Shown here: piece after piece, positions 12,701-25,440 of the stretch
Layout of the letters: every line of letters starts with the position of its first letter
Position numbering within the stretch: the first letter of the stretch is position 1
Assembly (NCBI GenBank): GCA_002269645.1
Contig: NIVC01001591.1
Span: forward strand, 62,001-126,000
Direction: 5' to 3'
DNA length: 64,000 bases
DNA from: Macrostomum lignano
Lineage: Eukaryota
Position numbers and translations under genes: made by a program
Notes under the pieces: model-generated
The model's database searches: none
Seen by the model: only the letters and a program-made list of their open reading frames with translations
What the model was told of the DNA's origin: nothing

Positions 12701-13264
12701 CCATAATATATTCAAAACTACAGGGTAATATTTTTCCAGCCATTAAATTAAGAGTTCAGAATCAGAGTTCCAGACTGATTAAATTGCAGTGACATCAAAA
12801 GTCGTCGCATCCCACGCCAATTATTCCCAATAGACAAATAAGTACCGATCGAAAATTCGACAAAAAAGTTATCCGAGAGTCAGGCAGCGACCCAAAAAGA
12901 TCAAAGGGACCGCGCAATTACAAAGAAGGGTAGCGAAAAATGTCTCAAAAGGTTCCACCAGAGTAGGCTTGGAATTGCGTGCTACATGAAGTTTTGCGGC
13001 GTGTGCACAATTGCTACAGAGCTCCTGTCTCAGATATATCCCCCAAGGCTATAGAAAACTGCTATGCAGAGTCAAAAAGCGAATCCTAAATTAAGTACAT
13101 GTAGCCATGGAGTGAGCTTGTAGGACTGACTTTTGGATGTTATACAAGGCTGAGTTCTCCATGCTCCGTTTGCTTTGGCATGGGCCAAAATTTGCCGAAC
13201 CCCAGTGTAGATGTAGAGAGGAAATAAGACATCTGATAGTTTTGGGTGGATTTTGTTTTGGTAC

Positions 13265-13850
13265 CACTGTAAATAAAATTTTAGTTTTGGCGCCACTGTA
13301 CATGAATACTTTTCTTGGCGCCACTGTACATGAAAATTTTTTTGCGCCACTGTACGTGAAGAATTTATTTTGGCGCCACTGTACATGAATACTTTTTTTG
13401 GCGCCACTGTATGTGAAGACTTCATTTTGGCGCCACCGTACATGAAGAATTTTTTTTTGCGCCACTGTACGTGAAGGCTTTATTTTGGCGCCACTGTACG
13501 TGAAGACTTTATTTTGGCGCCACTGTACATGAATACTTTTTTGGCGCCACTGTACGTGAAGGCTTTATTTTGGCGCCACTGTATGTGTAGGCTTTGTTTT
13601 GGGGCCACTGTACGTGAAGACTTTTTTGGCGCCACTGTACGTGAAGGCTTTATTTTGGCGCCACTGTATGTGTAGGCTTTGTTTTGGGGCCACTGTACGT
13701 GAAGACTTTTTTTGGCGCCACTGTACGTGAAAGCTTTGTTTGACGCCACTGTACTTGAAGTGAAGGTTTTGTTTTGACGCCACTGTACTTGAAGTGAAGG
13801 TTTTGTTTTGACGCCACTCTACTTGAAGTGAAGGTTTTGTTTTGGCGCCA
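13265..13850 (+). repeat. ~30-bp minisatellite TTTTGGCGCCACTGTAC(G/A)TGAAGRCT
   Basis: Tandem units with a GGCGCC core. Confidence 0.9.
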
Positions 13851-14249
13851 TTTGTCACAACACGAGAAAAAAATAAACAAACTTAAATTTTCAAAATGTA
13901 AATTGAAACTGAAATTAAACTTATTCGTATTGCCTGGTTGCAAAACACAAATAATGATGATATATTTAGCCATACAAGGATATTCAATATGTAAGAGATT
14001 TTATATAGTTTTTAGCAACAAACATTAACATTTAGGATGCGCGCCTTAATTCTGGTCGAGGAACTTTAATATATCAGGATAAAAACAGAGAGAAATGGTA
14101 GCAGAATACCGGCATAAGGAAGACAATTTTTTAACACCTGTCTTCTTTTGTTCCAATGCGAAAAAATACTCTTTGGTTGGCTATAAATGATTACATATCA
14201 GCTTCTCATACTGACTGACTGGTTCTGCACCTTCGGAAAGACTGTCTAA

Positions 14250-14925
14250 TCTACTCCTATCTACCGCTCTCTCTCTTTCATCTACTTTTACGATCTACCT
14301 CGCCTATCAACTTTCTTATGTCATCTTCCTGTCTCCAATATATCTGATACTCCTCTTATCTACCTCTCTCTCATCTACTTCTTCTATCTACCCCTCTATC
14401 TACCTCTCTTATCTGCCCCTATTTATCTACCTCTCTTATCTACCACTATTATCTACCTCTCTTATCTACCTCTCTTATCTACCACTATTATCTACCTCTC
14501 TTATCTACCACTATTATCTACCTCTCTTATCTACCTCTCTTATCTACCTCTCTTATCTACCACTATCATCTACCTCTCTTATCTACCACTATCATCTACC
14601 TCTCTTATCTACCACTATTATCTACCTCTCTTATCTACCACTATCATCTACCTCTCTTATCTACCACTATTATCTACCTCTCTTATCTACCACTATCATC
14701 TACCTCTCTTATTTACCACTATCATCTACCTCTCTTATCTACCACTATCATCTACCTCTCTTATCTACCACTATCATCTACCTCTCTTATCTACCACTAT
14801 CATCTACCTCTCTTATCTACCACTATCATCTACCTCTCTTATCTACCACTATCATCTACCTCTCTTATCTACCACTATTATCTACCTCTCTTATCTACCT
14901 CTCTTATCTACCTCTCCCTCTTCTA
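14250..14925 (+). repeat. 13/26-bp minisatellite ATCTACCTCTCTT-ATCTACCACTATC
   Basis: Tandem units. Confidence 0.95.
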
Positions 14926-15859
14926 ATCGCGCTAAAACGAAGCAAATAAAAAGCAAAACGCTAAACAACCCAAACTACTACAAGTATTATTAATAGCCAA
15001 CAATGATTACATTATTGTTATTATTATTAAAGAAAGAATAAAAGTAGTAAAAATCGCAGGATTTACACGGGAAACAAAAACACAACAGAAACGCGCTGAC
15101 ACACAAATAGATAGATAGATATAAAGAATTTAAATCAGAAAGAGACAACACTGCAAACAGCTTGACTAGCATATGACACAAATATTTTGCTTCTTTGTTT
15201 AATTGCAACAACGGCTATGCAAAGTAACACTAAAAGTGAACAAATAGTAGCAATATTAATTTATTTATATACATGAGGATTATGAAAGCAAATACTCGTA
15301 TACAGGTTTAGACTAGTAAAATTCTTACATTACTGCTAGCCCGTGAAATTCAATGCGATAAAACACTGTATTAAATAAGGAAACTGACAATTTTATAAAT
15401 TGTATAAGGCAACTTTGGAAGGCAGAGACAGACAAACTAACAGCTTATATAGTGGTGTTAACAATAACCAGATATTTTGTATAGCGGAAGAGAACAGAAA
15501 CGACTTTCACTACTGATTATAAGTAGTATTATTAGTAATAGCGTGAAATTATTGCAACTATAGGTCACTAAATGTTAAAAGCTACATCAATCGTCACTTT
15601 CATTATACACTACTATACTATTAGTTAAATGTAGTAGTCACTATCGCGTTTAAATAAACAGCTTGGCGCACAAAATGATAAGTATTTATTTGATAAATAA
15701 TAAAATGACCGGCTTAGGGTGACTGTTTTAAATATTCCGATAACCACGACGCGACAAAGTGAGATTAGAGGTGGATGAACTGGCAATGTGGAGAGAGATT
15801 GAGAGAAGAAGATTGATTTCTAAAGTGGAGAGGTGGTTAGAAGCGAAAGGTGAGGAAAA

Positions 15860-16215
15860 TATAGGGAGAGGGAGAGAAGAGGAGAGAGGGAGAGAGAGAG
15901 GGAGAGGGAGAGGGGGGAGAGGGAGAGAGGGAGAGAGGAGAGGGAGAGAGGGAGAGAGGAGAGGGAGAGAGGGAGAGAGGAGAGGGAGAGAGGGAGAGAG
16001 AAGAGGGAGAGAGGGAGAGAGAAGAGGGAGAGAGGGAGAGAGGAGAGGGAGAGAGGGAGAGAGGAGAGGGAGAGAGGGAGAGAGGGAGAGAGGAGAGGGA
16101 GAGAGGGAGAGAGGAGAGGGAGAGGGGGAGAGAGGAGAGGGAGAGGGGAGTGGAAGAGGGGGCGGGAGAGAGGGAGAGAGAGGGGTGGAAGAGGGAGAGA
16201 GAGGGGCGGGAGAGG
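15860..16215. repeat. Homopurine (GA-rich) tract downstream of ONECUT
   Basis: GAGAGGAGAGGGAGAGAGG units. Confidence 0.95.
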
Positions 16216-16526
16216 AAGAGACTATTTTTCAAATTTTTCAAATTTGATTTTTCAAACTAGGACTTTAAGGGGAAGGAAGAGATGGGAGAGATAGAGGCAG
16301 AGGTACGTATACCTAAAAAACAGCCTAACTTAGACCACATAGACAGACTAATTAATAACTAGATGAGCCAGTAAGGCAAATATTAGCTAACAAAAGCACA
16401 GCTGGTGTCTAGCTAGTGCAAGTGTACCAATCAACCAGAGACAGCAAGCATGCCTCATCATTGACTCTTATAGTTAAAAACTTCCAACTAAGAGAAATCG
16501 GGTAGTCAGACCTAAGCATTTTTCTT

Positions 16527-19500
16527 TCACAACCCGGTGCTGCACACTGAGAATGTCCCAGACGATATCGACGAAGAACTGGAGGCTTGCCGATACTGCT
16601 GATGCTGTTGTTGAGCGCTAAAGTTCAACAGTGGCGGCGGAGGCGGCAACGGCTGGACGAATAAACCGATTTTATCCAAAACTGGAGCTCCATCAGCGGC
16701 AGGATTAGCGTCAGTCTGTTCATCCTCCGACTCGTCAACAGCTGACAATGTCGGATCAAAATCGGCAAATTCGTCGGCAACAGTTTGACATCGACGCTGT
16801 CGTTGCTCGGTTGACGAGTCGCTGGAGTCTTCTTGCCATTTCTCTAACGACCTCCGACGTGCGTTCATGAAGTAATTGCAGACTGTGGAGAGTTCCAGAC
16901 CCAGCTGCTCAGCTATGATCGATTGCATCTCTTTACTAGGCCTGCTAGTTTCGTTGAATATCGCGTTGAGTGTCCGGCGCTGGATGTCCGTGAACACCAG
17001 CCGGGGCTTCTTGGCCGGGGTGCCGTTCGGTTCAGACGGCTTTCTAGTTGACGATTGTGGAGCTGGCGCTGAAGACTGCGACTGCGGCTGGAGCACGGAT
17101 CTGGTAGGTGGCAGCTTTGGCTGCTGCTGCTGCTGGGCCTGAGACAGAGGGCCGTTGCAGTCACCAGAGTCAGCAGTGTCGAAGCTGCGTTTCAAAGCTG
17201 CAATAATCAGTTAGACAGTTGTACATATATTACACTATACAATGTTAACATCATATTAGATAAAACGCATGAGACAAGAGAAAGAATGAAGAAAGATTAG
17301 AGACAGAAAGCTAAAGAGATTAGAGGGTTCTAGAGAGAGATTAGAGATAGCGAGAGAAAGATAAGAGATAGCAAGACAGAGATTAGAGATAGCAAGACAG
17401 AGATTAGAGATAGCGAGAGAAAGATAAGAGATAGCAAGACAGAGATTAGAGATAGCAAGACAGAGATTAGAGATAGCAAGAGAGAAACTAAAGATAGCGA
17501 GAGAGAGAGAGAGAGAGAGATTAGAGACAGTGAGAGGGAGAGATTAGAGAAAGCGAGAGGGAGTTTAGAGACAGTAGGAAAGAAGTTTGAGATAGCGGGA
17601 AAGAGATTAGAAATAGCGATTCTTAAATTGGATTAGATGGCGATTCTGAGAATGGATCAGGGGCGATTCTGAGAATGGATCAGGGGCGATTCTAAGAATT
17701 GGTCAGGGGCGATTCTGAGAATGGATCAGGGCGATTCTGAGAATGGATCAGGGGCGATTCTGAGAATGGATCAGGGCGATTTTTGGAATGGATCAGGGGC
17801 GATTCTAAGAATGGGTCAGGGGCGATTCTGAGAATGGATCAGGGGTGATTCTGAGAGTGAATCAGGGGTGATTCTAATAGTGGATCAGGGGGGGGGGGCA
17901 ATTCTTGCCTCTCTCAGGGCAAGAGACCACTTCAAAACTTACAGGCCGAGTGCAGCGAAGACATTCTATCCTCTACGGGAGTTTGCAGCCATTTCCACAT
18001 GCGTCGGAAAGTTTCTCGACCAGATTTTAATTTGCTCCACGGCTTGGGATTGCGCAACAGATCGGACAGGGTGCCCTGGCTCCGGCAGAGCACCTGCTGA
18101 GCGAACACCGCCTGAGGAATGCCGCACTTTTTCAACTCGAAGATGACTCGCTGGGCCACCTCTTTCGTATTGATTTCGAATAACGGATCCGAAGCTGTCG
18201 GTAAATCTGCACTGCCGCTATCGGAATTGGCGTCCTTCTTGCTGTTGTAGTCTTGCAGTGTTGAGACCAGAATTTCGGCCGCATTGTCTTGGACTGTCAC
18301 TGCAGCGGCTTTTGACGTTTGGCTTTTTGACTTTGCCGATGTCGGTTTGGGCTTTGCTGGACTGAGCGACACTGCTGCTTGGACTGGGGTGTCGACAAGC
18401 TGGCTACCGAGCCTGGCGTGCGAGATTTTTGGTAGGTTTATGGTATACTATTGTATGTTTATGGTATACTATTGTATGTTTATGTATGTTGTATGTTTAT
18501 GATTATATATTATCTGTATGTTTATGGAAGATTATCTGTACATTTATGGTAGATTATCTGTATGTTTATGGTAGATTATCTGTATGTTTATGGTAGATTA
18601 TCTGTATGTTTATGGTAGATTATCTGTATGTTTATGGTAGATTATCCGTATGTTTATGGTAGATTATCTGTATGTTTATGGTAGATTATCTGTATGTTTA
18701 TGGTATATTATCTGTATGTTTATTGTAGATTATACTGTATGTTTATGGCATATTATCTGTATGTTTATGGAAGATTATCTGTACATTTATGGTAGATTAT
18801 CTGCATGTTTATGGTAGATTATCTGTATGTTTATGGTAGATTATCTGTATGTTTATGGTAGATTCTCTGCATGCTTATGGCCGATTATCTGTATGGTTGT
18901 GGTAGATTCTTTGTATGCCATAGATTATTGATATGTTTATGGTATATTCAATGTTGGGCACCATTAATGAAAATCTTAACTTTTATCAATAGCAAAAGCA
19001 TTAACATTAAAGCAAAAAAATCTTAACTTATTAACTCTTAATTTTGTTAAGTTAACTGAAAGTTAACTGATTATCATTAATAAGCATTAATCCATTAAAA
19101 TTAACACAAAATACAGAAATCTTGCACTAATTTCCAAAGCAGACTTTATAATGCACTGTCTTTGCTTTTCCACCTTTTTAGTAAAACACAAAGGTCATCT
19201 AAGCAATTTATGAGCTAAAAAGTAATAAATAATACTTTTAAAAACTTGTATATATGATACTACTAAAAGTAAGCATACGATAAATAATAACTCAGCTATT
19301 TGAAACTTGAAAGCTAATTAGTTAATCATAAAATATGGATAGGAAGGTTGTTTTAGTAGCATTAACAGGCGCAGCAAAAAGTTACAAAAGATTAGGGAAG
19401 AAGTGAATCAAAGCGATCAATGCTCACATGCAACAATAAAGTCAAATTTTAATTTATTATTAAAGTTCATTAGTAAGAAGTTGTTACATTTGCATGATCA

Positions 19501-21705
19501 TCGTTATAAACAAAGAGATTAATTAGGCATTTAGGTAAATTTGAATACATTTGTAATGTTGTAACTTCTTATCAGACTTATATTTTTGTTCTTTCTTTGC
19601 ATCTTTATTTGCTCATTGACATTGCCATTAATGTTAATGATGATGTCATTAACTCACATAATTATTAATACAAATTTGTTATTCCATTAGTTCAAAAAAA
19701 TCTTAATGGCAGTCCATTAATGTTAATGAAAAATCTTAATACTTATTAATGCTTATTAACAGATTAACACTTATTAATGGACTGGTGCTTAACACTGGGT
19801 ATATTATTGAATATATAATAATAGTAGGTAAATTGTATGTTTTAAGTAACTCTTCTATATATTTTAAGGATTCATTTAGACTCATATGTTTATAATATAC
19901 TTTTTTAGATTTTTTGAAAAAGTTTATAATAGACTTTTTTAGATTTTTTGAAAAAATGCTTAAGGCTTAATGATGGAATTCTAGTTAATATAAGACAATT
20001 CTTGGGGGAAGTTCAAGGAAACCCTAGAAAAAGCATATTTGAGTTATAGATTGTGTTTGAAAATATGTTTTAAAATTTCTTTTAATCACAAGTTTATATA
20101 ACTTGTGAAATTTTATTTTATAATAGATAATTTTCTAAAATCTATATATTTTATAGATAGATAAATAGATACTACCTACTGATAAACCATTTTTAGTACA
20201 ATAGATTATGATAAATTGAAAAGTTGCTATTATTTAAATTTTAAATAATTAATGTTTAGTTAAGAAACTTTTTAATCTAAGAGAAGTTGCTTGTGTTATC
20301 ATAAAAGATAGTAATTTTTCAATATATAAGTATATAATATAATAGGCCTATAACACAATAAACTATTAGCCAAATAAGTCTAGGCCTAATTAGATAAAAT
20401 AAAGACTAAATTAAAAAAATTACTAAGCATTAAAAAGATTGTTAGATAGATGGCTAATTAATAAAACAATTATTTATTTTTATAGATTCAGTATGTTTTA
20501 ACTTAAAAAAATTCTTAGGGCCTAGTTTTAAATTTATAAATAAAATAAAAATGCTTACCAATAATAGGCATTTGAGGCTTTTGAGCCTGTTTACATGTAG
20601 TTGTTGTATCTTGGATTGTAGAATCTGGCTGAACTTCACTTGTTTGAAAAAACTCATTAGAATCTTCAAAATCTTGTTGGTTGTCTTGTGCTTGAAACAT
20701 TGAAGCAACATTTGGCATAGAAATAAAGCCAGATACATCACCTTGCATTTGAGTAGGTTGAATTTGCATTGATTGACCATGACTAATTTGCAAAGCTTCA
20801 CTTAGCAAAGGTTGTTGGTGATGCTCATTAGAATCACAAGCATAAATGAGATTTTGTGTTTTATAGTCAAGTTGGTCTAGAGGATCAATTGGCAATGTTG
20901 ATTCAATTCCTTGATGACTAAGGTTTAACTTCATACCATCATTAGATAAAAATGATGATTCTTTACTTTCAGCCATGGCTAGGTTGGATGGTTGATCAAT
21001 TAGAAAATCAAGGCCAGGTGTAGAAGGCCGATTCAACTGAACTTCAAACTTATCAGCTGGCATTGATGATGACATTGATGATATAGCAAATGATGGCATA
21101 GCCATAGTGCCACTTGTAACAGAACTAGTAGCATTTAGGACATGGTTTTGGCTATTGTCAATAAGCTGATAGGACACAGATCTTGCATCAGCTGGCACTG
21201 ATGTCAATGGCAGACTTATAGAAGAGTCTGTAACACTAGCCGCTATTGCCATTGTTGGCATGTTGCCAGGTTGCAGTTGAATTCTAGGATTAGAAATGCT
21301 GACAATAGGAACTTGATTGCAGTTTGGCAATAGAACTGGCTGTTGTTGAATTTCTGGTTGCTGTTGAGGCTGCAATGCTGGCGCTGCTATCAGAAGCTGT
21401 CCGCCGATAGGCAGATTTGGGTCCACATTAATCAGAGCAAGAGTGACGGTCTGCTGTCCTTGTCCAGTCTGAGAGTGAGATGCGTCTACTTTTGCGTTTG
21501 GTAAACTGATAACTTGCATAAGTTGATTCATCTGATCTGAATTAAGCCCACTAGACCGAATGCAAATATTCTGCGGCACTTGAAAACTCGATTGAGAAGT
21601 TGAGGCCATTATCAACGGCTGCGAACGTACTTGCTGGGAAATACCAGCACCATAGCTGTTGGAAGCAGCAATTGATCCGTAAGAAAACAGAGAATTTATT
21701 TCCAT
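16527..21705 (-). CDS. ONECUT: ONECUT-class transcription factor (single CUT domain + homeodomain), 3 coding exons, ~752 aa
   Basis: Exons 21705-20559, ~18383-17943 and 17197-16527 (phase 1/1). CUT domain EINTKEVAQRV...CRSQGTLSDLLRNPKPWSKLKSGRETFRRMWKWL; homeodomain KKPRLVFTDIQRRTL...TVCNYFMNARRRS. Joining the Q/S-rich first exon and the exact exon 2 acceptor is inferred from phase. Confidence 0.9.
17280..17625. repeat. GA-rich minisatellite (GAGATTAGAGATAGCAAGACA), ONECUT intron 2
   Basis: Tandem units. Confidence 0.85.
17630..17900 (-). repeat. ~23-bp minisatellite, sense unit GAATCGCCCCTGATCCATTCTCA, ONECUT intron 2
   Basis: Plus strand reads TGAGAATGGATCAGGGGCGATTC, ~10 units. Confidence 0.95.
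18435..18950. repeat. 22-bp minisatellite TTATCTGTATGTTTATGGTAGA, ONECUT intron 1
   Basis: About 20 units. Confidence 0.95.
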
Positions 21706-22679
21706 GTCATTACATTGGCTTTGTATACAAAATTAAACACAGAGGAGTGACTGCAAATTAAAAAAAACAAGAAAGCAATAAAGTCACGGTGCTGTGCTGT
21801 TCGCGTCTTAGAAAACTTCTTCAGAATTAATGGTTATTAATGAATAACAATTCTAATTAGTAAACGCATTTCGCGGAAAAGACACTTCATATGGTCTGAA
21901 AAAAGTAGTATTTCAAACAAAGTTAAACAGTACCCAAAAATTAAAATTTTATTGCAATAAAACTTACTATGTAGGGTGATTTTAGTTCTAAAGCTTACAT
22001 ATATTTTTATAGATTTTATGTTAAACGGATCGGTTAATTTTGAATGCTTTTAATCGTCAATATACTAAATCTAATCAATGTTCTATTATCGATGCAAAAC
22101 CAGTGGCGGCGCAGGGGGGGGGCAGCTGCCCCCGGGTGACCACAGGTCACTGCCTCAAGGTGGGTGACCACCCCACCATCCCCACGGCCCTCGAAAAGAC
22201 CCTAGGAAGGGCCAGGGCAGATGGTCACCCCTTGCTATGCAACTAGCACCAATGATTAAAAAAGCATTTTTATAAGATTTCTCGTTTTGTAAATTCATTT
22301 TGTAGGAAGTGTGTCATAATTTGTTCGTAATTTTTCACTGTCTTAGAAAATGCATGTGTTCTAATTCAAATGTTTTAATTTATTTGTTTAATTACGATTG
22401 GGAAGGGGCGGGTTGACCACCTAGTGGATTAAACTGATGTCTTGATGTAAAGAAAAGTTTTTATGTTTAATTTAAACTCATTTTCAAGTGTTTGCAATTT
22501 CTTAGCGACTTGGTTAGTCTACGACTCCGGCGATTTTTTGTCTTATTTTAACCATCAATACATCTTTAGTAAATCTGCATGTTATACATGTGATCAAATT
22601 CCACTGAATCTTCCAACTAAACCGATTATTTCTTAGGGGTAGTTACTTAAGCGCGTTTTTGACGGTTAATTCTCTGGTA

Positions 22680-23260
22680 AATAAAATAGATAACACCACA
22701 AGATAACATTCGCTCAAACAAGATAACACTGCCCCATTCCGGTTATGCAAAATATTATCTTGTATGAATCCTGTTTGCGTGACGAAATCTTACGTTTCAG
22801 CTTGTTTCATGAACAAGATTCAAATAGGATTCACTGATCAGGTAACAGTCGGGTAATTCATGCAAAAATCCTGCAGGGAAACATCGTGTTATCCTGTTTG
22901 TTATCTTGTCTGACAAACAGGATTCGCTGACCATGGTAACAGCCGGGTAATTCATGTGAATCCTGCAGGGAAACATCGTGTTATCCTGTTTGTTATCTTG
23001 TCTGACAAACAGGATTCGCTGACCATGGTAACAGCCGGGTAATTCATGTGAATCCTGCAGGGAAACATCGTGTTATCCTGTTTGTTATCTTGTTTGTTAT
23101 CCTGTCTGACAAAAAAGATTCGCTGACCAGGTAACAGTCGGGTAATTCATGCGAATCCTGCAGGGAAACATCGTGTTATCCTGTTTGTTATCTTGTTTGT
23201 TATCCTGTCTGACAAAAAAGATTCGCTGACTAGGTAACAGTCGGGTAATCCTTGCGAATA
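22680..23260. repeat. GATAAC/GTTATC-rich region with ~80-90-bp tandem units (GTAACAGTCGGGTAATTCATGCGAATCCTGCAGGGAAACATCGTGTTATCCTG...)
   Basis: About 5 long units; similar motifs recur at 25.8-26.2 kb. Confidence 0.8.
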
Positions 23261-23399
23261 AAAGCCGAAAGGCATTGACATCAAATTTCGCAGTAAAGAA
23301 GCGTATAAAAAGTTGGTGCTTCAAGATTTTATGAGTAGCATCTATTTAACAGCAGGGTGTCATTTGTAAGCGCCTCATACAAACTAAACGGTAGCTCAA

Positions 23400-24533
23400 C
23401 AGGAACGGAAACTTCTGGAGAACAGCGTGGCATACGTCTGAGTTTCGACAGTCCAGTTATAAGTAGACCTACTTATACTGTGGATACCAATTGATACTAC
23501 TGAATTGGTGATCTGCTGCGAGCTGGTGTACTCGCTGGCGAGATCGGACCTGCTGTACTCGGACGCGACTCTGACGGCAGTCGACGCTTGAGCCAGACGT
23601 TTGAAAGATCGGGTCGCGTACGCGGACGGCGATTAATGAGACCACTGACGGGGGCTTGCATTTATATGCTGGCGCAATGGAACGACTCTGCATTATTAAA
23701 GTTAAATTAAATGGCGATGGAAATAGGCAGCTTTTCCCAAATATACACAGTTATAAAGAAACAGTAATGTACATACACACTCAATCGTCTAGCTCTAACA
23801 GACAGCGACGGTTCGCCGACAATCATTGCCAGATTGTACGACTGTTCACTAGTAATGTCAGCTGCGTCGATAGAATTGTCATTCGTAGCATAGTCGTCAT
23901 CCGGAATCAACTGGCTTTCGTTGATCGGCTGCTCGTAGAGCGGAGACAAGGTGAATGGTGTATCATCTGATGCGCCGGCTCGCGCGGCGATGGCTTCGTC
24001 GTGCAGTTGCGTCCACGAAATGCCTACTGCGCTGGAAACTCTTACCTGATTGTCTTCGCAATCCTGTGTGCCAACGGTAATATACAACTGACTTGGCGTT
24101 GCAGATGTCGCTAGTGCGATGGACGATCGTCCAACGGCGTCATTAACTGTGTCGTTCGAAGCAGTGACACCCTCTGGAAACAAGTGGCTGACAAGATTAC
24201 CGACACTCGTAGTCTGTAACGACTACTCCCTTGACTTGTTCGAGGATTTATTAGCCCTCGACAAGATTACCGACACTCGTAGTCTGTAACGACTACTCTC
24301 TTGACTTGATCTGCTCTCGGCTGGTGCAACTGCAAACGCCTTAGACAAACCAATGGAGCATGCACCGAAAAAATCGGATTAGCGTCTATCTTAATAGGAA
24401 AGCTGCTTTGCATACTGGGCCAGTTAGAGCTATTTGGAACCATGCCACAGTCTCCGTCTAGACACCCAGCTGTGCCAAACAATATGGTTGGCTGACTCAT
24501 GCTTCTAAGCGTCAAATATGACGATAGAATCAT
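23400..24533 (-). pseudogene. Possible degraded or orphan coding region (Ser/Thr/Asp-rich reading frames broken by stops and a ~50-bp internal duplication)
   Basis: GC-richer than its flanks. ORF 24183-23707 (158 aa), ORF 24533-24267 and a further ATG-less frame (SPSAYATRS...RSFRSC) preceded by an in-frame TAA. Direct duplication at ~24190-24238 and ~24260-24308. No family recognised. Confidence 0.3.
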
Positions 24534-24769
24534 TCAGCCCGTTGACACACTAAGCAGCTGTGATAGACTACATGCCAGTGGTAGTCAAACCTCTCGCACA
24601 CAATCAGGGCGCAACAATTTATCAACTGTCACCTGTACGGAGGATGAGCACAGCCTGATCACATTACGGACGCTACAGTGCCTCCGAAAATCAGATCAAT
24701 TCACCTTGTAATTTCGAGGCTTTATTATCCCTCGGATTAAAGATTGTCAAATAAAATTGACTACTCTTA

Positions 24770-25440
24770 GCAGCTGCCTTGAGCCATAACAGACGCGAGG
24801 ATTGATTACGCCTCGCAGGTCAGCATAGCAGCTGCCTTGAGCCACAACAGAAGCGAGGATTGATTACCCCTCGAAGGTCAGCATAGCAGCTGCCTTGAGT
24901 CCCAACAGAAGCGAGGATTGATTATCCATCGCAGGTCAGCATAGCAGCTGCCTTGAGCCACAACAGACGCGAGGATTGATTATCCATCGCAGGTCAGCAT
25001 AGCAGCTGCCTTGAGCCACAACAGAAGCGAGGATTGATTATCCATCGCAGGTCAGCATAGCAGCTGCCTTGAGCTACAACAGAAGCGAGAATTGATTATC
25101 CATCGCAGGTCAGCATAGCAGCTGCCTTGAGCTACAACAGAAGCGAGAATTGATTATCCATCGCAGGTCAGCATAGCAGCTGCCTTGAGCTACAACAGAA
25201 GCGAGAATTGATTATCCATCGCAGGTCAGCATAGCAGCTGCCTTGAGCTACAACAGAAGCGAGAATTGATTATCCATCGCAGGTCAGCATAGCAGCTGCC
25301 TTGAGCCACAACAGAAGCGAGGATTGATTATCCATCGCAGGTCAGCATAGCAGCTGCCTTGAGCTACAACAGAAGCGAGGATTGATTACCCATCGCAGGT
25401 CAGCATAGCAGCTGCCTTAAGCCACAATAGACGCGAAGAG
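24770..25440. repeat. 58-bp tandem repeat CAGCTGCCTTGAGCCACAACAGAAGCGAGGATTGATTATCCATCGCAGGTCAGCATAG, ~11 copies
   Basis: Period 58 read from the line-to-line shift. Confidence 0.95.

Noticed and set aside
2807-14028. Long ORFs rich in Pro/Ser/His/Gly/Cys (e.g. 2807-3478, 3958-4812, 7931-8710, 10095-11352, 12210-12792, 13072-13973)
   Set aside because: They are translations of stop-free minisatellites, open in several frames and on both strands.
16876-18502. Plus-strand ORFs overlapping the ONECUT exons (similar antisense ORFs overlap Myo1, SENP and TRPM exons)
   Set aside because: Antisense shadows of GC-rich coding exons with no recognisable motifs.
22100-22250. CAGTGGCGGCGCAGGGGGGG...GGTCACCCC block resembling a MITE
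   Set aside because: The ends are too degenerate to define terminal inverted repeats or a target-site duplication, and there is no second copy in the window.
22680-22780. Cluster of AGATAA (GATA) sites about 1 kb upstream of ONECUT as an enhancer
   Set aside because: The same motif is part of a repeat family also found at 25.8-26.2 kb, so it cannot be called regulatory from sequence alone.
24770-25440. Regular 58-bp repeat, and other 20-35-bp arrays, as possible CRISPR arrays
   Set aside because: Head-to-tail units with no unique spacers, no cas genes, and a eukaryotic context.
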